Shown: positions 49,003 through 62,297, counted from the first letter of the stretch. The stretch is 64,000 nt of DNA from Phoronis australis (GCA_002633005.1 NMRA01000663.1:94432-158431), one strand, 5' to 3'. The notes: generated from the sequence alone by a model not told the origin. Made by a program: numbers and translations.

Positions 49003-49352
49003 TTCGCCAGCGAGCTGAAGAAGACTGAAGTTGCAATCACATTTGACCCGATTAGTGAATTGACGTCATTGCTGACGTCAAGGTCACTGAGTTGACACAA
49101 TTGACGACTAGGGCCTGACACAATGATTACAAAGGCCGATAGCGTTACTGAACGAAAGTAACCCGTGGCGCGACTTGACAGCACGATTGCGTCGTACCTG
49201 TGGCGCGAAGACCAGTTAAAAACCAATTGATTTTGACGCAAGAAATTCAAATAAAGATTTTTACCAGGGACGGTAAGCCTACTGGAAATTACTTTTGTCA
49301 TTTTCCCACTTCCTACATCTCGAAATAAGAGTTGGATCAAATGATGACGTCA
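49003..49352 (-). promoter_or_regulatory. Candidate CRE-containing promoter and short first exon for the Kelch gene
   Basis: TGACGTCA at 49061, 49073 and 49345; TGACGCAA near 49234; minus-strand TCAGTC (Inr-like) at 49028-49023; GTAGGT donor at 49002. Confidence 0.3.
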
Positions 49353-49387
49353 TGTCTGCCACTGTTATTATGACTCGATATGACAGT

Positions 49388-49560
49388 NNNNNNNNNNNNN
49401 NNNNNNNNNNNNNNNNNNNNNNNNNNNNNNNNNNNNNNNNNNNNNNNNNNNNNNNNNNNNNNNNNNNNNNNNNNNNNNNNNNNNNNNNNNNNNNNNNNNN
49501 NNNNNNNNNNNNNNNNNNNNNNNNNNNNNNNNNNNNNNNNNNNNNNNNNNNNNNNNNNNN
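49388..49560. other. Assembly gap (N run)
   Basis: 173 Ns. Confidence 1.
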
Positions 49561-50968
49561 CCATTTGGCAGTTCGGGGGTGAGAATGTGTAAAGGGCAAA
49601 ATCCTGCCCTGCCCCCCCCCCCATTCCTGGATCGCCACTCATGATTTGGGCCTGCTAATGATAGGAATAAAAGTGTACATGCAGTCACATTACATTTTAA
49701 AAAGTTCTGAGAACTTTTTAGTTAATTTTCCCCATTTTGCGGAAAACCGCGGAGGAGTCATTTTAGAACTTGAAACTTCACAAAATTTTATGTGTTTGGC
49801 CGGATTCAGTGCGAGCCGACAACTACGATTGCAACCAAGGTCAGTCAGCAGTACAATTGACTTGGTTCTTCTGATACAGTCCTTAGTAATTTACACGGCC
49901 ACGTAAATCTGGCCACATGATTTTGACATTTTTAATTTTATTTGAATGGGTCCAACACGTTATACTAACCACTCGAATCAATATTCTGTGCTACGAACCA
50001 CATTGGCCGGTGATGCACTTGCCAAGTTAACACTTGATGATCCGTCAAGTCGAGCTAAAAATTCGACTTCAGACTCTTTGAGAACCTAATGCTGGGGTCA
50101 GCTAAGACTAGTTAGCCTGAGGCAGTTAGTAACCCACGTAAGCCATTACGTACTTGAGTCACGGCGGAATAAATGAGATAGACACTAGAACTCGGAGTTC
50201 GTCAGAAATTATTCCAGTTCGCCGGATTGCGTGCAAAAGGATTAGAGCCGGGGGTCTGGTGTTTCCAAACTCTTACCTAAGTACAATGGACAATTGGGCT
50301 ACCCAAAGTGCCGTTGATTCAAGAGACTGCATTATTTATTCATTGCAAATAGGCCGGGTACCGTACTAAACTGTCCCCTTTCCCATTCACTATAACACAA
50401 ACAGCAGAACTGTAGTGAAATGGTACTTTATACGTCCTGCGACCCTCCTCTGATCAGTCTTCAACAAAAATTGGCAATATTTAGCAGCTCTGCTATCCTG
50501 CAAGAGCCCACTTCCAATTTACAGGACTGAACATCAATCTAGACATTTGGTAAAAAATGGTAAAAATCTTCATACACGGTACATTCCAACATGCAATAAA
50601 GCATTTCTTTCACAAAAATACACCTCCTTTGATTATTACAGATTCCTAACTGACCCTCCTTCTCAGTCCCGTTAACAGATGATTTGAGCAACGAAACCTG
50701 GCCAACTATGATCTAAATACTGGCTCGCGGTGCGTCTTGCTGTATGGTTCACCGACAGTTTGCTTTTAAAACGTGTGTGTACATACTTAATTTACTAGTT
50801 GATAATACTTTTTTTAAGCCAGCTTTGACCATCAATGTCAACACAACGCTGCTTAAAAACCTCAAGAAATTTAGCCATATTTCCTACACGTTGGTTGCAC
50901 CACACTTCCCCAAAGACCAGTGCAAACAATATTTTCTTTACTCACCCCTAAAACACACTCCAACATAA

Positions 50969-51618
50969 TAAAACCGGCTACCAGGTGGCGTGCACTACGT
51001 CAAGTCCATCTCAAAACGGGTGTTATCATAGACTATGTGTTATCGATCAAGGAGTGTACGTACTCTCCTTGATGTTATCACCTCTAGTTCAAGAAAAACC
51101 TATCTGCCAAATTTCATAAAAATAATTGCGTCCACGAACTCCAAAGATATGGTGAAAAACGGAAAAAATAAAATTGCCGAAAGTCGGCGCTGTACGTTGT
51201 CGCCTTTATATAAATACACTTGTCAAATTCAGTAGAGATCCTACAGAGGGTTTGGGAGCAAAAATCTGCCACTAAAAGGCGCCACAGTAATTGTAGCCGT
51301 CCGAAAATCATCGCATCTCCTCGTTTGATGCCAGATTTTGTGAAAACCCGTTAAGGAACCCCTTAGATGCAGAGGCAAGCATAAAAATTGCCACTAGGGA
51401 ACACGCCGGTCGTTGGACGGTCCGGAAATTCGCTCATGCCGTTTCATTCACGAAAGGAACATATTTGTCAAATTTCATGAACATATATCCAGGGTTTTGG
51501 AGATACAGCAGCTGATGCCAGACGAACGAACGGACGGACAGACGGACGGACAGACGGACGGGCGTACGGACGATGGTAGCATAATGCGCCCGCATATAAA
51601 TATTTGGGTGTATAAAAA
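50969..51618 (-). mobile_element. HINE/DINE-1-like element copy D with (GACG/GACA)n microsatellite
   Basis: Same internal units as copies A and B; gacggacggacagacgg tract followed by terminal hairpin tgcgcccg…tgggtgta-taaaaa. Confidence 0.7.
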
Positions 51619-53642
51619 CCGACATGACACGGTTATTCCTGTGCCTGAGTTTTGAGTCAAGAGGTGAGCTTTTCACTATAATCCTCCCTGTCAGTGTCTC
51701 AGAGATTCACTAAGTGAAGAATTTCTAATTCAATCACTACACGGCTTAATCAAGGCCGGGTTTAGGCGCTTGAATGTTTTAAGTAAGCAAATTCATGTTA
51801 CCAGTCCACAAACCCATTGGGCAATTTAGCTAAAAATGTCCAGTCACAAGTCAGAAAAGTAGTTTTTGGTGCTTGCTGCGGAGACTTGGAGGATTTGAAT
51901 GAAGAGAGTAATGAAAGCTTGTCCTCGATTGGCCAAGTCTCTGAGTGACTCTTGTCTAGAGCTGCAGTATGGCTCAGACTCACATATAGCATTATTTTCT
52001 GGCACAGACTTTTTATCTAATGAAGCTTTGTCTTCGTAATCTTCGTTGTCTGATGAAGTTCCATTTTGTCACGGTTATTTAAACTGAATGCACTTACAAA
52101 AAATTTGCGATGCACAAGAAAAGTGATTTTCTTTTCTAACCCTAAAAAACCTACAGATAATACTTCAGTAATCTAACCATAACTTGAAATAAACAGCAAC
52201 ATCCGGCAAAGAAGAGACTTGGAGAAGCAATCATAGCGCTGCTTATCAATTGTGCATTTTGAAACTTGTGGTTTCGCATACGAACTGAACTCAACATTAG
52301 AAATGATCTTTCAATAGAAATCACTTACTCTGCAGGGACCAAATGGACTGAAAGTGCCTCTGGGGCCTATTACCCAGAGATTAATTACCTGCTAGGTAGC
52401 CCTCAACCATTAGATATAAACATTCATGTGGGAATAAGCTGATTTCTCTAAAGACAACGTAAAGAGAGATGACAGGATATTATAACAAGAAACCGTCTCC
52501 TCCGTTACTGGTCCATGAAACACGGTTGCAACGAACCAAAGTAATAACAACAAATTTGCTTTGAATCTACCACTTTAAAGCTTGGTTTAAGTCCGATTAA
52601 CAAACAGGGAAAATAGAAAACGCGACAATGCGACAGCCTTGACTTACCCCAATAGCACATCCATAGTGATCTGTTGTAACACCAGCGTACTCAGCTTGAA
52701 CACATGATTTGACATTCTTGTACATGCCTTGCAGAATTCTATACATTTTCTCGTTATATTATGACTTATTCACTCAGGCCATCCCGCCAACCACTATCAA
52801 AAGCCTGTTAAAATCGATAAATAAACAAGTATGGTCTACCCCTGGATTTCGAAACGTGCTCCGAAACAATTAGAGTTTGCAATGTAAAATAATTATCAAC
52901 GGTTGAATATCCTCCCGAAATCCCACACGAATCTCTTTGATGGCACCATGTTGATGTGCCCATGGAAAAAAGTGGCTGTAACCTGGAGTTAAGTTGTACC
53001 TAGGTAGTTGGTGGGATGTTTATAGACTTAAAGATTGGAACGATCACACCAACTCTCCGCTTGCTTACATTTATCTGTAACAAAACTACGATTATAAAAT
53101 GTACTAACACAATGTTAAAAGCAAATGAACTATACTTATATAATTAAATTCTAGCGTTATCCAATCTTCCTCTAGTTACATCTCACACTTAATTTGTCTT
53201 CGAGAGTTCAACGTCATCATCTGAAATCTCGCCATTTAGCTCGGGATACATACAAACGATATATCAGCCCGCTCTTAGGAATTACAACAATGTCTGATAC
53301 ATAAATGTGAAGCTCTTTGCATTCTTCGTCATACGCGATTTCTTCTTCACTGAGAAGGTTTTTAAAACATTCATACCATTGCTGTTTCAAAAAGACGGCA
53401 TGTTCTTCTTTTAGGCCATTTCTCAAAATTTGCAAACATGTTTTAGATTACTCTATCTCTCCTTGATTCCATCAACGTATCAGCATTACGCGCTTTGTCA
53501 TCTTTAACGGCTTGGAACGGAATAGTGACCAATAACCTTTTCTTATTTCCATGGTATTTTTAAATCATGAACGCTTTCAGAAGTTTTGAATTTTCGAAGG
53601 CATTTCCTCTATTCATTTTTTCTAGTGCGACAGTCCATATCA

Positions 53643-54052
53643 TACCGGGATTTTCCGTAGCACACCCGATGAAACGCCCGTGGGCGTTTATTCGGAAAAT
53701 TACAACTTCTAGTGTCAAGAGTCCAGACAGTGGGACGTTTATTCGGAAAATTTCTTCTTAAAAGCTTACTTAGCGTCAACTTTTAGCCATAAATTCAGTT
53801 TTGCAGAGCAATTATCATTTATAAAAACGAACAAAGTGTTGGAGAACTATGTGTTTATTAACTTAAAATTAAAAAACGACTGTTTTATGCACAAAAATCG
53901 CTGGTATTTTCATATTAGCCGAGTCTATGACTTTCCGTTTACACGACCCCCTTTCCGAATAATCGTCCGGGGGTTTCCTTGGTGTTACTGATATGCGTAT
54001 TTTTTATTTTCCGAATACACGACCATGGGTTTATCTATGGAAAACCCCGGTA
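53643..54052. mobile_element. TA-flanked MITE (Tc1/mariner-like)
   Basis: TIR taccgggattttccgtag / ctatggaaaaccccggta; TATTCGGAAA motifs twice in each orientation. Confidence 0.65.
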
Positions 54053-54211
54053 CCAATCAGTCGCTTGCCGTTTACTAGAGTCACGACAGCCAAGCTTTTA
54101 TCAGCTCGCAGAGGTTTTCTGCTACTTTATCAACATTTTTGTCATAAGGTATAATATCTGCAAGCTTCCGAATCAATTGTACACCTGTTGGAGATTCATC
54201 ATAGTTACAAG

Positions 54212-54583
54212 CTCGGTGGTTCCCTGCGTGCCGCTAGGTGGGGCGGTAGCCGCGCCAGCACGCTAGTATCACCAGAGACCGTAGAGAGGGAGACGTTTCA
54301 CCTAGCNTTCACACTGCATGAATAGCACACCGTTAAATCGGCCACTGAGATATGTGTTTAATGTACATGTACGTGCTTCAAGCACGCGGCTATTAAACAT
54401 CACGGCAGAAACGAAATAGTTGCTGCGACGCCACTTGCGCATGACAAAGCTAAGAATCGTTCACAGTCCGCCATTTTTTCACGGTGTTGTAAAGCTAGCC
54501 AATGACAACTGAGGTTACATCAACCCTATGCTAAAGCGCGTGCACTGCGCGTGATACCTGCGTACACGTAGGGGACCAGCGAG
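54212..54583. mobile_element. MITE with 9-bp TSD (MULE-like)
   Basis: TIR ctcggtggttccctgcgtg / cacgtaggggaccagcgag (16/19); perfect TSD AGTTACAAG at 54203-54211 and 54584-54592. Confidence 0.75.
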
Positions 54584-54725
54584 AGTTACAAGCAGCCTCG
54601 TCCGCAAACTTCAAGATGGCGCTGATCGCTTTAGCCATTACCTTCTACGTAATGCAGGAATGGACGCTGCCGTCATTGAAACAAAGGCAGATCATTGTTT
54701 AACAGGGGCTGTTGCTGCCATTCAT

Positions 54726-57700
54726 CACCCCCGGCCCGGCCAACCCGCGATCGAGAACGACCGGAAGGCGATCGAAAACGAAATTTGGCGCGAGAAGAGA
54801 AGCCAGGCAATGTAAGTAAATTTGATGAATTTTCGTTTTTTTTTTTACTTCCAGTGTGAAAACAGAGACATGACTTCAAGGCGTAACACATTTAGGAAGG
54901 GCACGTAGAGGTTTAGGCTAGTGTCTCTCCCAATTATAGGAGAAAAGTTACGTTGACCGAGGCATCGCTTAAGCCGAACGTGATTTGAATGTCATTTTGG
55001 CAAATTGCCGTTATTTTTGGCACTAAATCAATAAATTGACCATGGAGTTATGAAGAAATGAGGTGTGAAAATATAACGCAACGCCTGTTTTTTGTAGTTA
55101 TGACAGGATCTCTGATTTTTCGACGATTTTCTGTTGAAAGATGCCATCGAGAACGCAACGATAAACGATCGGGAACGCAAATTTGTGTTTGTTTATGCGA
55201 TAGGGAACGCATTGTAGTGTGCCGAACAGTAATGAACTTTATACTTATAAAACGTGAAAAAGGTTACAAAATAAGTGTGGTGCAATGATTTAATCGCATT
55301 TTGTGTCGTTACTGTGTTACTTTCGTATCAAAACTGAACAACAACATAGCATATTTCCATTAAATTGCCATGATCACTACATGTGCATCAAGCATAATTC
55401 AAGTTTAGTTTCACAAACGAATTTATAGGAAACAAGTTCACTGGCGAGCTTCAACAAACATGTTACCCACGACGTGAAGGTACACCTGACCAGGGTTTTG
55501 AAAAGTACAGGCCATGCATCTACTTTTAGACCAAACCACTGAGAACAAGGGTTTCTAAACTGAAGACTCACCCAGGAGTTGTTCCATGTGGCCTGTCAGC
55601 CAGGGGTAAACAAATTGTTGCATCACCGAGATGAAAGCGAGTGTAGAATCTTCTTGTCAAATTGTGACAGCAAAAGGAAAAAAAACAAATAGCCAGTGAA
55701 ATCAAAGAATGGTGATGAGCTTGCCCATGGGGAGAGAGGGGAGTGCGGCAACACTTCATGAGATGATTCAAAGATTCTCACTCATAAACGTCTGGGGTCA
55801 AAAAATTGGCCAGAAGTTGTGTAAACTGGTGTGCTGATAAAACGGGTGGGATTTTACTTGATGTTTTGTTGATAACATCGATACAGAGATGAACAGATTG
55901 ACTTGTGGCACCGTGTGGCTTGAATGTACGTTGTGTTTGACCCTTCTGTTTTGTAGTATTGGTCCTAAGTTCACCTGCATCATCAGTTTAATGTGACATT
56001 GAACAAGATTGAGAGTTATAATACACATACTATATTGTGATTTTCTCAAAACGTAGTCATTAACGTCACTTCAACTACACACTGTAGTGATTTACACAGG
56101 AAATCAACAATATTATAGCATTTCTATTATAATATTAATCTTTTATCACCCGTACCTCAAAATTGGTCTTACAAAATATACAAATTTATTTATAGGGAAA
56201 TCAAAAAACAAATCCAATGAACATTTCCAACGAATTACTTTTGGAATGACTAAATCATCACTGAATCAAAGACAATGTATTTAGGACTGGTTGATAGTAA
56301 AACAGTCTCTCACAAGAAATCAACTACAATATGAAAGCAATTTCTACTATAATCATTAGACAAATATTTTCATTCAAAATACTCATTGTTCAGAATAATT
56401 GTATGTAAGTATTGCCCACTGACACTTAATATGGCCATTTAAATCTACCTAAACACTACAAAAATGTACTGGTTCTGTTAAAGATCCTTTTGAAATAACA
56501 CAAATATAGAAAGAAACTTGAGGAAAAAAGGTTCAAAACAAAATGTCAAAATACTATCACATCAGACAACTACCAACCACAGACTTTGAAAATCTGCATA
56601 AACTATAGTGAATTAATAACCTTCAGCACTGACTTAATGATTTCATTCAAGACGTTTCTGCTTGCTATGCCTGTAGAAGGAGGCATACTGTTTGCATGAC
56701 ATGCCACATTCACCACAAAAAGGAGTGTCCTCGTGCTGTGACGCAGTGTCGCATCAGGCTGCACTCTTTCCGTGAAACGTTGATCACAGATAGGACACTG
56801 AATCTACTTGGTTCCTGAGCACGATGCTTCGTGCTGTGTTTTACTGTATTGGTAAAAATCTCTTCATTTTGACGCATGCAAGGCGTCAATCACAGGGCTG
56901 GTAAAGGTCTTGCTTTGTTGTAGTGTCACTGTATTTTATTGCCATGTGGTCATACTAATTAAGTCGATTTCTTAGTTACTGAACGAGGCTCCACAACATA
57001 CACACACTCTGTTGTGACATACAGCAGTTGTACTACTCTATTTTGAAGGCGTGGACGTTAACACTTTGAAGGTTTCATCGTGTGGCTACACTATGAGTTC
57101 AGTTGAAAAAAATCAAACGCATTCAGTTATGTTTGTTAGACTAAATCTCACTTAGAAATAATGATGAAATGTAATTAATTATTAACCCATCAACTAATTC
57201 AGGCTCCCTATTATTCTAAAATTATTGACATAATACCGTAACTTGAACGACTATTCAGGCCAATGCAGAGAAAAAATGTACGTTCACGATCGCCATAGAG
57301 AATTAACGACATCGTTCCCGATCGCCGTCTCACACAAGGACCTGCTTGTATTGGTAAATATCTCAAATTGTTTTGCAAATCATAACTAACAAAGGTGTCA
57401 CCAGGGACGATTAAAGTGTAAACGTCACATGTCTCTTCTTCAGAACCCTGGAACATTGCTAATAACAGGTAGAAATTGTCGATTTTATGAGGCGCATTGC
57501 TTTCTGAGCTCTTTATTTTAAAAAATAAGCAAAAGCGAAGCATTAATTCAGATCCACAACAAAAGTTGCACCCTGACGCTTTTCTGTTTGTAACATTTGT
57601 ACCAAAGTGGCTTCTATTTAAGCAGAAAATGACACTTAAACTCATCGAGTACGTGACTGTTGTCTGCCATTTTTGGTGCAAGGTCTCGCTCTCGATCGCC

Positions 57701-57735
57701 TTCCGGGCGTTCTCGATCGCGGGTTGGCCGGGGTG
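54726..57735. mobile_element. 3.0-kb DNA transposon with CAC…GTG ends and 5-bp TSD (Transib-like), carrying decayed ORFs
   Basis: ~50-bp TIR cacccc(…)ggccaacccgcgatcgagaacg.ccggaaggcgatcga; TSD TTCAT at 54721-54725 and 57736-57740. Confidence 0.7.
56650..57020 (-). pseudogene. Frameshifted multi-C2H2 zinc-finger coding remnant inside the 3-kb element
   Basis: Hand translation across frames: VCVCCGASFSN, QCPICDQRF, HEDTPFCGECGMSCKQYASFYRHSKQK. Confidence 0.55.
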
Positions 57736-58060
57736 TTCATGAAGCAGGAGGCATTGTTTTGGTTATTGTTTGAAATAAAGGTTGTACGCGTACTTTTTGC
57801 CATTCTTATATATTAATAGTATCATAGAAAAAACCCAGGAACAACAGTACTCTGCGCTTGCACGCACAGAATAATTAAATTCCGCTTTCAAATCAAAATA
57901 CATCATTTTTGCAATAATTTAGACCTAAATTGCCGCAATGTACGGTTAGTTTTCATTTTTATATTATACTGCAGAAAATTTCGAAGTTAGATTACTAGTG
58001 ATATTCCGGCGATTTCGTAAAAATATGTCAGAATTCTGACACATTTGATTACCAATAATC

Positions 58061-58127
58061 TAGTCTCCTGCACAGACCCTCGAGGTTGGTTGGTGACGTC
58101 AGCTTGTGAGGCCAGGGAACCAGGTTA
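58061..58127. mobile_element. 67-bp mini element with 10-bp TSD
   Basis: ACCAATAATC at 58051-58060 and 58128-58137; TAGTCTC…CAGGTTA ends. Confidence 0.55.
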
Positions 58128-60954
58128 ACCAATAATCAAGCCTCAAATGGCCAAACCAATCAGCGCCATCTTGATGCTTAGGGACGAGGCTAAAAATTGA
58201 TTCAAGAGACATCTTTTGTCAAAGTGTACATACTAAAATCAATTCAGGGAGCCGGTTCGATTTCGTGACGGTTAATTTATCGCTGACTTTTTTTAATTCT
58301 CATATTTTGTGCTTTTATTGTATTTTTATCTTTTACCTCTACAAATCTGCAAAAATATGTGGTGGGGGCTCGAATTACTTATTCCGTTATACAACCAAAA
58401 CATATTCACTTCCGTCTGGCAAAAATTTGAAATTCTGACAGGAGTTCAGTACTGAGAAGCCACCTGTAATTAAACTAATTGATGAAATGCTTTTAAAAAC
58501 GGATTAAATTCGTTGCACGATGCCAGTTTTAGGTTTCAACGACTGTAATTATTCTTTTCGGTTTACCGATTTTCTTACGTACTCGGTACATTCAAGTAAA
58601 CGTTTTTTTTTTGTTTTAACACCACAAATTCGTAGCGTTTTGGCTTGTACACAACGGATACACTGTTAGTTATTTTCTTGTATGATATATGTTGATACCC
58701 CCGTGTGTTTCCTATGAAATAAGAAAAATAGTGGGCAACTGACTTATTTTGAGTTATCAGTTTTTGTTCAAACTGCTTCTCAAAAGCGCGCCAATTTTTA
58801 GGTTACATTTGCCCAGCTGCATTTACTAGATGTCGATTTTATCATGTAATTAGTGGGATTGTGAAATAGGTTTAGTTGGTGTGAAGAAGATGAGGATTTT
58901 TTAATTGATTCAAATTTGTCCATTTACTACGTAAGCCAACACTAGCGGTGTATTACAGTCGCCAGCAGACTAGAGCGACGTCTTTCGTGAAAATAAAATT
59001 TGCCATTTGAACGGTAAGTCATGACATTTGAACTCAACACTTGGATTTTCTTATTAGTTAGAGTGACGTCATTGTGAGATTTGAGACCGGGATCTCATCT
59101 GGGGTCAAACTAGAATTAGATAGCTATCTACGTAAGCCATTTTGCTCTCCAGCATAGAATAACAGGCCCTTATCTTGAGTTTGGACAAAAGTAGAATAGA
59201 AAATGCCGACACTAATTCCGAGTTCGATTTCGAGTAAAAAGAATAGACCTCGGGTATTGATCTCACGTGACTCGACTCCAACATACGGCAAAAGTTCAAC
59301 GCAAACACAACGTCATTCATGTTAAATAATGTTATTTTAAATGAAAAATAATATTCGAACGATTCCCAAAAACGCCACCGGCATTGTCATGTCATTTTTA
59401 GGGCAAGCGGCCAGTCTTTGTACCCTCTTTGCGACATCTTAGGTCCGCTAGTTAATTAATAACTTCATTACCTATTTGTGCCTTCCGCACAAGCTAACAG
59501 CATCAGAAGAACAGTGATCAAATAACAACATTACGCATTTTCATTTCGCAGTTTAATACTCCGAGAGATCATGTTTTCTGGCAGGAAAAGCGATACAGAA
59601 GGTTTTCAGTGAGAAGGTGTTATACAGGGTGATTCTCCAAAAACAGACCTCGAACTTTTGCTAGTGTTTGTTGTACTTGAGTTAGGGACCCGAAATGTTG
59701 CATAAACCTATACAATTCTAATGCCAATAAACGCATTTACTGCAAAAAAGATTGTCAGCGGGTTTTTTGACAGTTTCTCAATTTCGCGACGGACATATTC
59801 CATTGAGCAGCACATTTTTCAATTTAGAAAGGCACATCGAGCTGTTCTTAGATGCTGATGGAGTGCATCTCCTGCACCTATTATAAAAGTGCTTGAATTC
59901 ACATTGTGAGACTATGCCTCAATTAAACTTTCCAACTCAACTAAGCCTTCTTAACAGACCTTATTTCACGTTTCCCCGTTCTTTATTGGACTAAATGCAA
60001 CGAGCGTCAGGAAAACTGCTGGTACGCTGCCGAAAACACTAGCATTAAAATACTTTCAACATCAGCATAAGCCAAACACATAAAACTGACGGTCTGCAAA
60101 AAAAATGAAGTTCCTGTCTCTATTGGAAAAAATATACGCGCAAAAACTTGGGACCTGTTTCGGAAGAATCCCCCTTTAGTATTACAGAATTAATGGTATT
60201 GGCACGGTTTGGTAAATTACTATTCATGGTAATTAACAAGTCACATCAGACATACCTAGCTACGTATACCTTATTGCCGTTCAACACTGTATCAGTGTAG
60301 TACAGTGTACAATCTAGGTGCCATGCAGATGTGCCACGGATAAGAACAAAATAAGGAGAGGGCTGTTTTATATTCTAATCTGTTACGTTCGAATCAACTA
60401 CTGTTGTTCAGAACGATTACGTATTACCTGTGTCGTTCAGGAAAAATAATAACCCTATTATTCAACGAACCACGCTAATGTCAGTACCTTCTTTCACAAA
60501 TTTCATCTGTTATACTACATTTTTTCTCAGTTTTAACCAATCTGTTTTCGTTTGTTTTTTTTTCACTTTTGCGTATGTGTCCTTTGCATTGTTTGTATGT
60601 ACACTTCTTTATCCTTATTTGAATTTTATCTTTTATTCTTTGTCTTTGGTGTTCCTTGTAATTTCTTTTTTTAAGTCGTGTCTTGTTTTGTAAAGTGTCA
60701 TTGATAACATTTAGAGGCACTGTAAATTTTAAATGTAAACAATTAATATGGTAATAATAACAATAATAATACTTACACATGTCCTAATTCAAATGCTATG
60801 AGATTTTATTGGAATAAATGCGTATGGACAAATACAATACAGTAAATTGCCGGGTGAGCTACAAACTAGACAGTAAGTGACGCTTGAGGGCATAGAGAGA
60901 AATTCAAATTTAAATATGGAAGAATGGCAACAGCGATCAGAAGATCTTGGTACG

Positions 60955-61226
60955 GATGGTGGTGGTGGTGATGACGGCAGAGGTGGTGATAGTGATGATG
61001 ATGGTGGTGGTAATGATGATGGTGATGATGATTATGAAGATGATGGTGATGATGATGGTGGTGATGATNNNNNNNNNNNTGATGGTGGTGATGATGGTGA
61101 TGATAGTAGAGGTGATGATGATGTTGGTGGTGATGGTGGTGATGATGATGATAGTAGAGGTGACGATTATGGTGATGGTGGTGATGATGATGATGATGAT
61201 GGTGGTTTTGGTGATGATAGTAGAGG

Positions 61227-61257
<31 letters not shown>

Positions 61258-61293
61258 AGTAGAGGTGATGATGATGGTGGTGATGGTCATGAC
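60955..61293. repeat. (GAT)n/(GGT)n repeat with recurring gatagtagaggt; contains an N gap at 61069-61079
   Basis: Directly visible. Confidence 0.95.
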
Positions 61294-62297
61294 GATTCTC
61301 AGTCAAAATTACATTGGGACCACTAAAAGTGACTGTTGTCACGGTTTTGATACGTTTTCGAAACTGTTCACTTGACGTCTACTGTTCGAGAGTTAAGAAT
61401 CGTAATTCACGAGAAAATGAAATTATTTACATGAAATAATCTGTGATACATGAGAATAATTCATACATTCGCGACAAGAGAACGTTGTTTCTCATATCCG
61501 CTCGTGCAAAACTGGAGCATTTTAAAAACAATTCCTAACGGCGTTTTTATCATAAACCATAGTATCTGAACGTTTCGATAAATCCAATAAGCCACGTAGA
61601 TTTCTGAGATATGACGTTCCAAAGTTAGCCAAATTTGGCCATTTTTCTAGTGTCCGATCGACACGTGTTTCTCAGTGTAATCACAAGAAAATATACCAAT
61701 CAGAATGCAGTGGCCATTTTGCAGACCTAATCCATGAATTACTATGCAGTGTAGCCATTGGTCCACATAGACAAAACTAAACTAAACTGGAAGAAGTCTG
61801 ATAAACAGACTAAATTGCAATGTTGAAGTGGTCCTTTGCCATTGAAACAGAATTCAACCTGCTCACCAGGTATTTTTTGGGTTTGTTCGCAAAGATTTTT
61901 AATTTCAGTTGGTATCAAAGCAATTTCTTTTAGTTTCAAATTTCAAAAAAACTTTGTTATCTGCTTGCCGACAAGGAAAAGCACCTCTACTTATGGAAAG
62001 ACATAGACATAGCACATTTTCCTTATACGGAAAATGCAACCTTTGACCTCAAGCAATTTTAAGCAACCGAGTGTGAGCGCATGCGCGCATTTATCATAAG
62101 TCAGAGGGATCAGAAACTCCGTTGTAACCACAGTTTTTCTTTCGCGCGTATATCAAAAATCGTAAATTTCGTGATTTTTTCTGGAAATTTCCTCACAGGG
62201 GAAAGTGTATTACTCTGTACTAGAAGTTGCGAGTTGGTACTTTCGTCATGAATTGTTTAAAAGATATTTTTCATGAGGTTTCGCGTTCCACGCCTCT

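Larger units (their letters stand above)
54593..58192. mobile_element. Academ-like MITE (TAGCCTCG-type ends) hosting two younger insertions
   Basis: ~47-bp imperfect TIR cagcctcgtccgcaaacttcaagatggcgctgat… / …atcagcgccatcttgatgcttagggacgaggcta; no clear TSD. Confidence 0.6.

Noticed and set aside
49279-49688. Several ORFs with X runs
   Set aside because: Artefacts of the N gap
40095-57735. Kelch gene as a RAG2-like partner of the Transib-like element
   Set aside because: It is a canonical BTB-BACK-Kelch protein with no PHD, lying ~13 kb outside the TIRs
60866-61375. Poly-His / poly-Asp ORFs resembling metal-binding or biomineral proteins
   Set aside because: Trinucleotide repeat containing an assembly gap; open in several frames on both strands
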